Positions 1 through 9,027 of a stretch of DNA of 64,000 nucleotides are shown piece after piece. The first letter of the stretch is position 1, and every line of letters starts with the position of its first letter. This stretch comes from a virus, in IMG/VR virus record IMGVR_UViG_643692018_000001, positions 30,684-94,683 of that record; one strand, 5' to 3'. Below the pieces are notes generated by a model. The model was given only the letters and a program-made list of their open reading frames with translations. It was not told the DNA's origin and did not search any database. A program made the translations under genes and the position numbers.

Positions 1-177
1 AGGCATTCTCCCACCACCTGTAGGGCTTCGATGTGGTGTGCCAGCATCCGCATTCGCAGTGGTAGATACGGATGGGCATGTGCTTTCCACGGCCTTCGCG
101 CCATTCCCTCCAGAGTGCGTTCTTGGCGTGGGATTTGCACGGGTAGGCTTTCTTTCTTGGTGTTGGACAGGTGGTCA

Positions 178-360
178 TTAGTACCGCCATGTCATGCCGA
201 AGCCACGGGGCTTACGCCTACCACCACGCTTAGCCCGCTTGTGCGCCGGTGGTTCCTCTTGGGCATCATCCTGTAGCGAGGCCTCCATCATGGCTATTTC
301 AGCGTCGATACGATTCTTCATGGATGGGTGGTTCCACTTCGAGCGCTCAAAATCGTTCAT
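178..360 (-). CDS. small phage hypothetical protein
   Basis: 60 aa ORF; GGGGAGGA SD upstream; overlaps the stop of the preceding gene. Confidence 0.5.
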   Translation of the reverse strand: MNDFERSKWNHPSMKNRIDAEIAMMEASLQDDAQEEPPAHKRAKRGGRRKPRGFGMTWRY

Positions 361-701
361 GATTCCTCCCCAATGGTTTCGATGATGTAGTTGTCCCCGG
401 CTGTGTGGACGTTGATGCTGCCGGTTTCTTGCAGTGAGGTGGTGACCTGGTAGCCCATGTGGGCCAGTGGTCTTAGTACTCGGTTGTTCGCAAACAAGGC
501 TTTCGACACAGTGAGCATCCCGTTAATCGTGGTGATAGCAACGGCGAAAAATACTGTGTCCAGCGCATCCCCCAGCGACTCCCATGATGGGTGTAACGCG
601 GCCTCAACACAGTCCACTAGGGCGAGCAGGAATAAGCCGACGATGCTGAGCTTGATTAGCAGATTGAAGTCCGCCCAAATGATGCGGATGGCGGTTAGCA
701 T
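357..701 (-). CDS. phage membrane protein
   Basis: Two hydrophobic stretches (LLIKLSIVGLFLLALV; TVFFAVAITTI); coupled to neighbours. Confidence 0.55.
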   Translation of the reverse strand: MLTAIRIIWADFNLLIKLSIVGLFLLALVDCVEAALHPSWESLGDALDTVFFAVAITTINGMLTVSKALFANNRVLRPLAHMGYQVTTSLQETGSINVHTAGDNYIIETIGEES

Positions 702-1447
702 TCCCCACCACCTAGCCGGGTGATTTCCCTGTCGATGTACCAGCGGGCCTTACGAATCTTCCATTCCATCACCGTTGAAGAATTCTTAGAAAGATTGCAG
801 TTACGGCAGCTAGGGACAAGATTGCCAACACCATTAGCGCCTCCACGTGCCAGAGGAACCACATGATCCCACTGAAGTGAGTTGCCCTCTTTCCGTCCCC
901 ACTTCCCTAGTTTCACGCTGCAATACGCACAGCACCCTCTATATAGGTGGAGTAGCTTTCTGTGGTCTTTGGTGGAAATCCTGAAGTTGACAGCTGCACG
1001 CCTACGGGAACGTGTCAAAGCCACAATTTCAGGATGCTCTGCCTGATATTTGATAGCAGCCTTTACCCGTTCCTCTCGGTTCAACAAGTAGTTTTCCCTA
1101 TTCCTAATTCTCATTTCATCCCGATTGGCCTGGTACTTTTCCTTACGGCTCGCTTTGATTTTTTCCTGATTATTCTTGCGATACTCCCTAGCCGAAGTAA
1201 GCTTTTGTTCCCTGTGGCGCAGATAGTTATTTCTGTCCAGGCATTTCGTACTACAAAACTTGGTGTGATTAGAACGGGATTGATAAGACGAACCGCAATA
1301 CGCACAAGTACGGTCTCTCAATGGATTTGCCCTACGTGGCTTCTTGATGGGAGACCCAGTGCGATAGTTCCGCTGGTAATGGCGCTGACAAAAGCCTTTC
1401 GCTTCATGAGGGGACTCGCATCCATCAATAGAGCAGACTCTAGACAT
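695..1447 (-). CDS. HNH endonuclease with N-terminal Cys/His zinc-binding motifs
   Basis: CAYC...WDHVVPLARGGANGVGNLVPSCRNCNLSK HNH core; CSIDGC..GFCQRHY; visibly lower GC. Confidence 0.9.
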   Translation of the reverse strand: MSRVCSIDGCESPHEAKGFCQRHYQRNYRTGSPIKKPRRANPLRDRTCAYCGSSYQSRSNHTKFCSTKCLDRNNYLRHREQKLTSAREYRKNNQEKIKASRKEKYQANRDEMRIRNRENYLLNREERVKAAIKYQAEHPEIVALTRSRRRAAVNFRISTKDHRKLLHLYRGCCAYCSVKLGKWGRKEGNSLQWDHVVPLARGGANGVGNLVPSCRNCNLSKNSSTVMEWKIRKARWYIDREITRLGGGEC

Positions 1448-1673
1448 CTTTGCTTACCCTCTTTATCTCACGTTCGATGAAGTATTTTGCTTTTTGGAGG
1501 TCTTGCAGGACTTCTCCTTTGTTTCCTCCATCAATTCGAGTGGAACGCGCAATGTATTTCAGAGCTTGCGCTCCGTTGCCGCTCAGGTGTTCTGCAATAT
1601 CGACTGGCTGTGCACCATTACTAAACCCCTGGTAGTGGGTTGGGTTGATAGCATCCACGGCTACCACGCCCAA
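1440..1673 (-). CDS. DUF3310-like protein
   Basis: INPTHY...QALKYIARS...DLQKAKYFIEREI signature. Confidence 0.75.
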   Translation of the reverse strand: MGVVAVDAINPTHYQGFSNGAQPVDIAEHLSGNGAQALKYIARSTRIDGGNKGEVLQDLQKAKYFIEREIKRVSKDV

Positions 1674-2647
1674 TCTTCATCGGTAGTATCCTCCGCCGTA
1701 CCAATCACATAAGACGAACCAGAACCAGAAAAGAAATCATGGTTCTCATCCGCTCCAGGGTTAAGTGAGGTCATCACCCCAGGGTTGAATCGGCACATGT
1801 CCTGCGGGTAGATACCGTCATATCCCAGGTTATTGAGCGCCTTGTTTGCGTTGTAGCGCAGGAATGCGAGTACATCCTCTGTCCAGCCCAGCGGGTCATA
1901 CAGGTCGCGGGTGTAGTGTTCCTCGTTATCCATGAGGTCTAGGAGCAGGTCGATAACCTTGGACTGGAGTTCTGCCTGTTGTGCTTGGTCTAGGTGTTTG
2001 ACCTGCTGCTGGTACTTGTATCCGATGTAGTAGCCGTGGACAGCCTCATCGCGGATGATTAGGCGGATGATGTCGGCGGTGTTGGTTAGCTTAGAGTGCG
2101 CCGCCATACGCAACGGCAGGTAGAAGCCACTGTAAAAGAGGAAGGATTCTAGCAGGGTGGATGCGGCTTTCCGCATGGGCGAGTTGCCGCGCTTGTAGAA
2201 GTCGAGGACGCGGTGGGCCTTGTACTGTAGGCGTTCGCTCTGCCTTCCCCAGTTGAATGCGTGGTTGATGGTGGGGGTGTCCGCCAGCGTCATGAAGATA
2301 TTGGAGTAGGACTTAGCGTGTACGGATTCCATGAAGGCGATGTTTGTGTACACGGCTTCTTCGTGTGGGGTCGCTGCGTCTGGCAGGATGCTTAGTGCGC
2401 CTACGGTGCCTTGCATGGTGTCAAGCATGGTTAGGCCGGTGAAGACTTGCATGGTGGCCCATTGCTCCGCCTCGTCCATGATTTTCCAGGTGGGAATATC
2501 GTTGGATACGGGCACCTTCTCAGGCAACCAGAAGTTACTGGTGAGCCTGTCCCATACGTCTTTGTCTACTTGGTCGGTGATTTCGTTCCAGTTGATGGGG
2601 TCGATGGTGTCTTGTGGTGTGGCATGGTTGGGTGTTGCGAGGTTCAT
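1661..2647 (-). CDS. nrdF: class Ib ribonucleotide reductase beta subunit
   Basis: NFWLPEKVPVSND, ESVHAKSYS, LLESFLFYSGFY, DEAVHGYY, NHDFFSGSGSSY. Confidence 0.95.
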   Translation of the reverse strand: MNLATPNHATPQDTIDPINWNEITDQVDKDVWDRLTSNFWLPEKVPVSNDIPTWKIMDEAEQWATMQVFTGLTMLDTMQGTVGALSILPDAATPHEEAVYTNIAFMESVHAKSYSNIFMTLADTPTINHAFNWGRQSERLQYKAHRVLDFYKRGNSPMRKAASTLLESFLFYSGFYLPLRMAAHSKLTNTADIIRLIIRDEAVHGYYIGYKYQQQVKHLDQAQQAELQSKVIDLLLDLMDNEEHYTRDLYDPLGWTEDVLAFLRYNANKALNNLGYDGIYPQDMCRFNPGVMTSLNPGADENHDFFSGSGSSYVIGTAEDTTDEDWAW

Positions 2648-2658
2648 GGTGTCTTTCT

Positions 2659-3219
2659 TTATTTGGTGCCGGTGGAGCCGTGGCCTTTAGTGCCGCGCTG
2701 TGTGGTGCCGGTGAGGTTCTTGACGGGGTTGAAGCAGGTCGAGGTGACGGGCTGGATTAGTAGCTGTGCGATGCGCGCACCCTGGTTTAAGCGGATAGCT
2801 TTATCCCCGTGATTGATGAGATTGACGTAGAGGGTGCCTTGGTAGCCCGCGTCAATGAGGCCCGGCGCGTTGTTTACGGTGACGCCTAGCTTGTGGGCAT
2901 TCCCTGAACGGGGTAGGACTAGGACGCAGTAGCCGGTGGGGATTCCTAGTTTGATTCCGGTGGATACTAGGGCGCGCTCCCCTGGTTTTAGGTGTACGTC
3001 TTCGGCGGCGCGAACGTCCCATCCTGCGTCATCTGTGTGTGCACGGGCCGGGCGGTACGCTGCTTCGCCTTCTACTTCGATGCGTAGGGGCCGGTTAGAA
3101 GAGGGATTGTTGTGTTTTGCGTCCTGGTGCTGCTTGCTCACGATGATGACCAGGGCGGTTGCGAGGCCCAGGGCCAGCAGGATGATGACGGCCAGGCCCA
3201 TTGCTTCTAGTGCGTGCAT
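2659..3219 (-). CDS. dut: dUTPase with N-terminal hydrophobic extension
   Basis: AGWD, PRSG, GLIDAGYQG, RIAQL, RGTKGHGSTG motifs. Confidence 0.9.
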   Translation of the reverse strand: MHALEAMGLAVIILLALGLATALVIIVSKQHQDAKHNNPSSNRPLRIEVEGEAAYRPARAHTDDAGWDVRAAEDVHLKPGERALVSTGIKLGIPTGYCVLVLPRSGNAHKLGVTVNNAPGLIDAGYQGTLYVNLINHGDKAIRLNQGARIAQLLIQPVTSTCFNPVKNLTGTTQRGTKGHGSTGTK

Positions 3220-3703
3220 GTCGTTTTTCTTTCCATGTGAATACGGTGGTGTTTTTTGGCTGGGTGGATTGCCAGTCTTTTTGTCGGCGGCGGCGTGCGT
3301 CGCAGATTCGGCAGTAGCCGTGTGCCGCGTGGGTTAGTGGTTGGTCTTCGAGTGGCTTGTCCTTTATTCGTGGGGCCATGGGTTTGCCGCACCCTTTGCA
3401 GGTTGTGGGTGGTGTGAAGCGTTTTTGGGCACCCGTGTGTGGTGGGGTGACACCCGCGATGGCGGCGAGTTGATTGGCGGTGTTTTGGTCACCTGTGCAC
3501 CACACCCCGGCTTGGATGACCCCTGTTGCTGGTTGGTGGTGTGCTTTGTCGAGACTGTCACCTGCTGTGAGTGCATCGAGGGCGCACTGTTTGCGGATTG
3601 GGCAGTAGGTGCAGGCTTCCATAGCGTCAATAGTGCTGGGGTCTACTGGCTGCGGGTTGGTGAAGACTGGGTGACCATGGCAGGGTGGTTTAGTTTGCTT
3701 CAC
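3095..3703 (-). CDS. WhiB-like/Cys-rich zinc-binding protein
   Basis: CTYCPIRKQC..GVIQAGVW plus CKGC and GYCRIC; homologous to 57704-58270. Confidence 0.6.
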   Translation of the reverse strand: MKQTKPPCHGHPVFTNPQPVDPSTIDAMEACTYCPIRKQCALDALTAGDSLDKAHHQPATGVIQAGVWCTGDQNTANQLAAIAGVTPPHTGAQKRFTPPTTCKGCGKPMAPRIKDKPLEDQPLTHAAHGYCRICDARRRRQKDWQSTQPKNTTVFTWKEKRHARTRSNGPGRHHPAGPGPRNRPGHHREQAAPGRKTQQSLF

Positions 3704-3733
3704 ATGTTGTTACCTTACACAACATTTGTTGTA

Positions 3734-4105
3734 TTAGGCAACATCGACGGTGAGCCACATGCGGCCCGGCTCGCCCTTCACTGCGGGGTGGATGGTGGGC
3801 ATCATTTTGATCATGTAGTCCGGCGTGTCGTCGGGCACTACCCCTGCGTCTACGATGCCGTCACATAGCGCTTTGAGTGTGGGGACTAGATTATCCGCAT
3901 CTCTGCGCCGGTTGTCACGAGGCTGGTAGTGGAGTTGTACGGTGAGGTGTTTGGCACGGGGGATGCGTGCGGCGCGGCAGCGGATGAAGGCTTCGGTTCG
4001 GATTGCTTTCGTGATTTTTGCTTTCTTGGCCCAGTGGAGGCGCTGGTTCATGTTGAGGGGTGGTTTGGTGAATGTGAGTGGGATCGTGAACATCATTTGT
4101 TGCAT
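3734..4105 (-). CDS. RusA-like Holliday junction resolvase
   Basis: RRRDADNL...KALCDGIVDAGVVPDD acidic catalytic pattern. Confidence 0.8.
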   Translation of the reverse strand: MQQMMFTIPLTFTKPPLNMNQRLHWAKKAKITKAIRTEAFIRCRAARIPRAKHLTVQLHYQPRDNRRRDADNLVPTLKALCDGIVDAGVVPDDTPDYMIKMMPTIHPAVKGEPGRMWLTVDVA

Positions 4106-4325
4106 GGTGTGACAGTGTTGAGTAGTGTTGTGCCTTGTAAGTGCTGTTTCCCCAACTTGGCTCTTACACTCTCCACCTTTTTCTGTGGCTCAGCCCCATC
4201 ATTGATTGCCTTCCCAATGGTGGGGCTTCTTCATGCGCGTTGGAATAGGTGGGTGAGTGCTGTGGCGGCGGCTTGGGGCGCACCCATTCCTAGGCCGCTG
4301 TAGCCCGCAAACATGCCGCCTATCC

Positions 4326-4595
4326 TCACGATTCCTCGTACCAAAGTTCAAAGACGACCCACATAGGTAGCGGGTGAGTCGGTTCGCCCCAGTTGTCGTG
4401 CTGGTAGGCCTGTCGGCAGCGGCGGAAGAGTCCCGGTTCCGGTTCCTCGAATTGGAGGTGTTCGGGTTCGGGCCGGTCACGGCGTGCTTGGGTGCAGGAT
4501 TCTACGGTGCCGTCCACCTTGACGCGCTGCACCTCCCCAGCGCGGGGCTTATACGGCACCATGATGGTGGTGGTTCGGGTGCAGAGGATGGTCAT
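4326..4595 (-). CDS. phage hypothetical protein (homolog at 55359-55628)
   Basis: Near-identical protein in prophage 2. Confidence 0.55.
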   Translation of the reverse strand: MTILCTRTTTIMVPYKPRAGEVQRVKVDGTVESCTQARRDRPEPEHLQFEEPEPGLFRRCRQAYQHDNWGEPTHPLPMWVVFELWYEES

Positions 4596-4692
4596 GACAG
4601 CGCCTTCAATACCCACAGCAGGATGTAGATGGGGTGATTCGGGTCTGCGATGCCACCATCCGGGGTGTAAGCAGCGGCGGATAGCAGGTTGA

Positions 4693-5478
4693 TTAGAGTG
4701 TTAAGCATTCTTCCTCCATAGAAGATTCCCAAAGGTTGAGTGATGGTGTGACAGCCGGGCGCATCTGCCGTTCGAATGCGCGGCAAAAATCTTTCTTGAT
4801 TTCGAATCCGTAGCCGCGCCGCCCTAGGTTTTCCGCCGCCACCAATGTGGAACCACTACCCGCACACGGGTCAATGACTACATCACCGGGGTCTGTGAAC
4901 AGTTCAATGAGGCGTTCGATGAGCGCTACAGGCTTTTGCGTCGGGTGCACTTTCGGAATGTGCTTGCCGTCTTTTGCCCAGTCCTGAACGTTCATGATCA
5001 TGTGGCCGTGATTGTTGAACTTCGGCAGCTTGTCGCGGTAGAGGATGAGGGCATATTCAGCATTGCCCACTACCCGCATGTTGGCTTTAAGCACCTGCGG
5101 CGAGGTGGGTTTACGGAACACTAAGTTGATGTAGTTCTTGAAGCCGTAGCGCTTGGCTTCCTCAATCAGTGGTATTTGCTGTTCGAAGCTACAGAACACG
5201 ATCATGCAAGGTGCTTGCCCTTTGGCTTTCGGTTCCGGGCGGAGCATCTTACTGGCGAAGTGCATGAATTCGGGGACGCGGAAGTCTTTGTCTGTGTCGA
5301 AGAATTGCTTGCCTGCTAGTTCAGATTCGCCGTTCTTGTTGTCGCCACCGATGTACCAGGCGGGGCTAGAGCCGTAAGCATTAGTGCCTAGCGAATACGG
5401 AATATCAGCGACAAGCAACTGAGCTTTAGGAAAGTTATACCGTTTAAAATTCTGGAAGTGGTCGTTAATCAGTTCCAT
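4693..5478 (-). CDS. N4/N6 DNA methyltransferase (beta class)
   Basis: ADIPY (DPPY-like), HPTQKP, VVIDPCAGSGST SAM-binding motif. Confidence 0.9.
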   Translation of the reverse strand: MELINDHFQNFKRYNFPKAQLLVADIPYSLGTNAYGSSPAWYIGGDNKNGESELAGKQFFDTDKDFRVPEFMHFASKMLRPEPKAKGQAPCMIVFCSFEQQIPLIEEAKRYGFKNYINLVFRKPTSPQVLKANMRVVGNAEYALILYRDKLPKFNNHGHMIMNVQDWAKDGKHIPKVHPTQKPVALIERLIELFTDPGDVVIDPCAGSGSTLVAAENLGRRGYGFEIKKDFCRAFERQMRPAVTPSLNLWESSMEEECLTL

Positions 5479-5480
5479 GG

Positions 5481-5789
5481 TTACGCCCCTTCCGCTACTG
5501 CGTCATACAGTTGGCTGTAGACGGTTTCACGTTCGTATCGCATGGCGGCGGTGTCTTCTGGTATCCATACTCCGGCGCGTACTACTCCACTGTCTTCGTG
5601 TTGTAGTGCGTCGTAGGCGCATTGTGGTTTGACGGGGCAGTGTTGGCAGAGTTGGCGGGCTGTGGCTTGCTTATCGCGCTGCCCAGTGAGTACGTAGTTG
5701 TTGAGGGGTTGGCCTGCGCATTGGGCTTTCTCCCACCAGCGGTTCATGTTCAGCATGGTGGGATTGTGGGTGAGGATTGCCGTTGTCAT
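5481..5789 (-). CDS. WhiB family protein
   Basis: WWEKAQC...ARQLCQHCPVKPQC...GVVRAGVW. Confidence 0.8.
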   Translation of the reverse strand: MTTAILTHNPTMLNMNRWWEKAQCAGQPLNNYVLTGQRDKQATARQLCQHCPVKPQCAYDALQHEDSGVVRAGVWIPEDTAAMRYERETVYSQLYDAVAEGA

Positions 5790-5965
5790 GCTGCGTCCCC
5801 TGCCATGCGCTTTTCGTTCTCGATGGCGGTCATGAGGATTTCCTGTGCTTCCTCGTAGCTGCGCCCCTGTTCGATGTAGGGCATGAGGTAGCAGAGGATG
5901 AATCGTAGCTGTTGAGCGTCGAGGTCAGCGGTTTCACGCATGACGGTGCGACCGTGCAGTTTCAT
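5786..5965 (-). CDS. small phage protein (MKLHGRTVMRE...)
   Basis: 59 aa ORF read by hand; GGAAGGA SD; coupled to whiB-like gene. Confidence 0.5.
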   Translation of the reverse strand: MKLHGRTVMRETADLDAQQLRFILCYLMPYIEQGRSYEEAQEILMTAIENEKRMAGDAA

Positions 5966-5994
5966 GGGTTTCCTTCCTGGTTGGGTGGGTGTTT

Positions 5995-6008
5995 CCGATG
6001 GCAGTCGG
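5995..6008 (-). promoter_or_regulatory. leader hairpin, loop CUGCCA (prophage 1 family)
   Basis: CCGA-CTGCCA-TCGG upstream of SD. Confidence 0.6.
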
Positions 6009-6049
6009 TGCGCGTGATTGGGGGAATGCGCGCCCCTCCCCTTTTGGGC

Positions 6050-6277
6050 TTAGAAGACGTTGCGGATTACTTCGTCTAGCTGGTCTTTGGATTCGCAGGG
6101 CGTGTAGGTGATTTCTGCATCGCCGTTTACGAATCGTGTGATGACTGCTGTGTTATTCCAGTCGTTATAGATGACGGTTCCTGCTACTTTTCCGTCCGCC
6201 GTGATGGTGCGTGCATCATCGGCCGGGACGGTGCCCTCATTGGTCACCTTGTAGCTGGGGTGGATTTCGTAGTTCAT
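6050..6277 (-). CDS. small phage protein with own promoter
   Basis: MNYEIHPSY...; AAGGAAGG SD; promoter at 6317-6345. Confidence 0.6.
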   Translation of the reverse strand: MNYEIHPSYKVTNEGTVPADDARTITADGKVAGTVIYNDWNNTAVITRFVNGDAEITYTPCESKDQLDEVIRNVF

Positions 6278-6316
6278 GATGTTGCCTTCCTTGTGAACTT
6301 CTTGCTTGCATAACAA

Positions 6317-6345
6317 ATGTTACCCCATGATGTTGCATCACGCAA
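6317..6345 (-). promoter_or_regulatory. sigma-A-type promoter TTGCGT-17-TAACAT
   Basis: Direct reading; GGGGTAACATTTGTT core repeated at ~10914 and ~13245. Confidence 0.75.
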
Positions 6346-6357
6346 CTTCATTACACA

Positions 6358-6394
6358 ACAAAAAGACCCACCACCAGTAACTAGTGGTAGGGCC
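6358..6394 (-). terminator. intrinsic terminator
   Basis: GGCCCTACCAC...GTGGTGGGTC hairpin then TTTTTG. Confidence 0.65.
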
Positions 6395-6589
6395 GTGTTT
6401 ATTCCTCCCCTCGGATTGCGACTTTTCGCCAGTATCCGATTAACCAATCCATGTTGAGGGTGCCGTTTCCAGCCATTGTGTAAAGCGGTTCTGGGGTGCT
6501 GGCACCGTGGGTTTTGAACACGTCGAGGTCGGATTGTTGGACTCTGCCGCGTGCCCATGCGGAGTTCATCGTTTTGAGAAAGGTGGCGC

Positions 6590-7036
6590 TCATGCTTGCT
6601 CCCAGCTGCCTACCCAGCGGCGGGCTTTGCCCTCACCCTCACCAAACTTATCTAGCTTCACCTCAATACCGTTAGGCGGAGCATCGTAGTAGCTCATGCC
6701 ACCCTCTGACAGTCCCTCGATGCTTACCGCGTCCTTGAGAATCCAGGGGTCTGGATCATCGTAGGAAACAAACACATGACCGTCCTCCCACTCGCCGGGA
6801 ACCGGCTGTCCGTCTGGTGCCCAGGCTCTAGGGAGGTCTAGGCGTGGGGTGAGGTTCTCGGGGATGGTGAGGGTGCCTAGCTGGCCTTCGTGGATTAGCT
6901 CACAGAATCCTTTATGGTTTGGGCTGTCGCCTACGTAGATTGCGAGGTTGGTGCGCTCGTCGGGGTCCGGGAAGTCACACCACATTCCTCGGCACTGTGC
7001 TCTTTCTTCGGGTGTGAGGTCTGCGAGAGTAGTCAT
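6590..7036 (-). CDS. phage hypothetical protein
   Basis: 148 aa, coupled start/stop, duplicated. Confidence 0.65.
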   Translation of the reverse strand: MTTLADLTPEERAQCRGMWCDFPDPDERTNLAIYVGDSPNHKGFCELIHEGQLGTLTIPENLTPRLDLPRAWAPDGQPVPGEWEDGHVFVSYDDPDPWILKDAVSIEGLSEGGMSYYDAPPNGIEVKLDKFGEGEGKARRWVGSWEQA

Positions 7037-7248
7037 GCTTGTCCCTTGATGCGGTCGTAGATGGGTGTAGCTTCGGGGAGTTGGTGGCTGTCGCCGTCGA
7101 GTTGAACACTGTCCGCGTAGACAGCGAGGTGCACGCGGTGGAGGTTAGGGCTGAGGGTTTCGACTCTTGGGGCTTCGTCACTGTGTATAAGTGGGATACC
7201 GTCGAGGGTGACGCCGCGTGGGCTGACACGGATCTTGTGGGGCCTCAT
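7033..7248 (-). CDS. phage hypothetical protein (MRPHKIRV...)
   Basis: ATGA coupling on both sides. Confidence 0.55.
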   Translation of the reverse strand: MRPHKIRVSPRGVTLDGIPLIHSDEAPRVETLSPNLHRVHLAVYADSVQLDGDSHQLPEATPIYDRIKGQA

Positions 7249-7475
7249 GCTTTCTCCCATGGGCCTGTGAGTCTGCGTGCGCGGGTTGCGTGGCCTCCTA
7301 GGTCTGGGCCTTTTTCTGTGGGTTCGTCCACGGTGTAGAAGCGGGGTGGCCGGTAGTCCACTTCTTGGTAGTCCATCGCGGCGATGGTCTCCAATGCCTG
7401 CTGCGCGATGTAAGGCGGGATGATTGGTGGGCGTGTACCGTCCCCTAGCCAGTAGCGTGCGTCTTCCGGTGTCAT
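7245..7475 (-). CDS. phage hypothetical protein
   Basis: ATGA coupling, GGAGGA SD. Confidence 0.6.
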   Translation of the reverse strand: MTPEDARYWLGDGTRPPIIPPYIAQQALETIAAMDYQEVDYRPPRFYTVDEPTEKGPDLGGHATRARRLTGPWEKA

Positions 7476-7828
7476 TCCTCCCCCTCCTTGTGCTTGGATG
7501 CTGCGAGTATCGTCCGTCCAATGGTGTCTGCCTCTGCTTCGTTGAGGACTAGGCGGAAGGACTTTTCTTGGCAGTCGTGGCCGAAGATGACGATGTGCTC
7601 CCTCATGCGGCGAATGTCGCCTATCGGCCCGGGTAGGTACCAGACTGCGCCGCCTGAGCCCATGCCCCTAGACGGCTTATGCAAATCCTCTGCCAGTAGC
7701 CCCGCCTCAGCGAGTTCATTAGCTATGCGGTAATGCGCGGGGACTTCTTCATCCTGCTTATTGTTTTCCCGCATCGCTATCAGGGCTGCGTGCCCCTTGT
7801 TGTTAATCCTGAATCCTTTAATGGTCAT
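7472..7828 (-). CDS. phage protein, 'LxxxGLL' paralog family
   Basis: ELAEAGLLAEDL motif. Confidence 0.6.
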   Translation of the reverse strand: MTIKGFRINNKGHAALIAMRENNKQDEEVPAHYRIANELAEAGLLAEDLHKPSRGMGSGGAVWYLPGPIGDIRRMREHIVIFGHDCQEKSFRLVLNEAEADTIGRTILAASKHKEGEE

Positions 7829-8469
7829 GCTTCCTCCTTTGCGTATTGGGCTGCTGCGAGTAGATCTGCAAGATAGATCTTCGTTTTCGTGCCGTTAATG
7901 ATGTCTTGGTACTTCAAGTCGGCCAGTTGCTTGAAAATAACCTTGTACTGTTTACGTCCTTGAATGGCCCCATGCGCACGCTGGCAGGCTAAGCAACGAC
8001 GCTTGCCGTGCCTGTTTAATTGGCCAGGGTCTAGATTTCGTCCGCTAAGTGGGTGGCCCACAGGGCAACTTGTTTTCCTGGCTTCAACATGGGTGCCGTG
8101 CTTGATTTCATCTGCAATATTTCCGGCGTATGTGTCCCACCGAAGATTTGATAAATGATTGTGAGACGGGTTGCCATCATTGTGGCAGCAAACCTCTCCT
8201 ACTTTTTCATTCCTAACAAAAGCACGTAGAACTAACTGATGAACAAAAAAGCTCTTTTTATTTCCGTCTTTGGAAAGTGAAACCTTTTCGTAGCCGTCGC
8301 GGTTAGTGTAAGGAACTAGTGTTCTTCCAGGAATTGGGCGCGGGCCACGAACGGTATCAACAATTGCCGGTATTCGTTTGACTTTCCCGGTATCTGAAAC
8401 TTCATACAGGCCCTCGTATCCGGGGATCGGTCGCCATTCTTCGGGTTGGGTATAGGTATGCTGGAGCAT
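7825..8469 (-). CDS. NUMOD4-HNH homing endonuclease
   Basis: EEWRPIPGYEGLYEVSDTGKVK (NUMOD4), VHQLV, CCHNDGNPSHNHLSNLRW; lower GC. Confidence 0.9.
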   Translation of the reverse strand: MLQHTYTQPEEWRPIPGYEGLYEVSDTGKVKRIPAIVDTVRGPRPIPGRTLVPYTNRDGYEKVSLSKDGNKKSFFVHQLVLRAFVRNEKVGEVCCHNDGNPSHNHLSNLRWDTYAGNIADEIKHGTHVEARKTSCPVGHPLSGRNLDPGQLNRHGKRRCLACQRAHGAIQGRKQYKVIFKQLADLKYQDIINGTKTKIYLADLLAAAQYAKEEA

Positions 8470-8485
8470 AGCCCTTTTCACGCTC

Positions 8486-8701
8486 CTATCGTGATTTTGG
8501 GTTAGGCCCTCGCGTGGTGTTGGTAGCACCTGCGGGGGCTGGCTTATTGTTGCCATTATACCAGTTCACTGCCGGTTTTTCTTCTGGCATGAGTAGCCCC
8601 GCGTTGGCGAGTGCTTCTACCGCATCTGTGGGGTGGATGCGTAGGTCTCCGGGCCGTCGGGCGGCTTCGAGTATATGGAGGGCTTGGTCAAAATTGGTCA
8701 T
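8486..8701 (-). CDS. phage protein, 'LxxxGLL' paralog family
   Basis: MTNFDQ...ALANAGLLMPE. Confidence 0.5.
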   Translation of the reverse strand: MTNFDQALHILEAARRPGDLRIHPTDAVEALANAGLLMPEEKPAVNWYNGNNKPAPAGATNTTRGPNPKSR

Positions 8702-8703
8702 GC

Positions 8704-9027
8704 TTATTCCTGATTCTCTGCGTAGTTTTCTGCGGCGTGGAGTGCTTGGCGTATGGTGCGGGCTTGCGCGAGGGTGAGCGACTCGCCAGGGTCGTAGTAG
8801 CACCGTATTTTGACGTCGCTGCTGCCGGATTGTGCCTCCACCGTGAATCTGTGCGTGGCATCCCATACGGGGTATTCATGCTCGACCCCTTTGACGACGA
8901 ATGACGGTTCGAGTAGGTCTTCAGCTAGTAGCCCGAATTTGTCTAGCAGGGTGGCGATTTGGTCTGGGGCGTAGCCGCGTTTGATGCCGAATTTGATTGC
9001 TTTGGCGGCTCTGCTGTGCTTACTCAT
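8704..9027 (-). CDS. phage protein, 'LxxxGLL' paralog family
   Basis: MSKHSR...LLDKFGLLAEDL. Confidence 0.6.
   Translation of the reverse strand: MSKHSRAAKAIKFGIKRGYAPDQIATLLDKFGLLAEDLLEPSFVVKGVEHEYPVWDATHRFTVEAQSGSSDVKIRCYYDPGESLTLAQARTIRQALHAAENYAENQE

Noticed and set aside
7825..8556. Group I intron around the NUMOD4-HNH gene
   Set aside because: Flanks are tightly packed ORFs with no room for a ribozyme core that I could recognise
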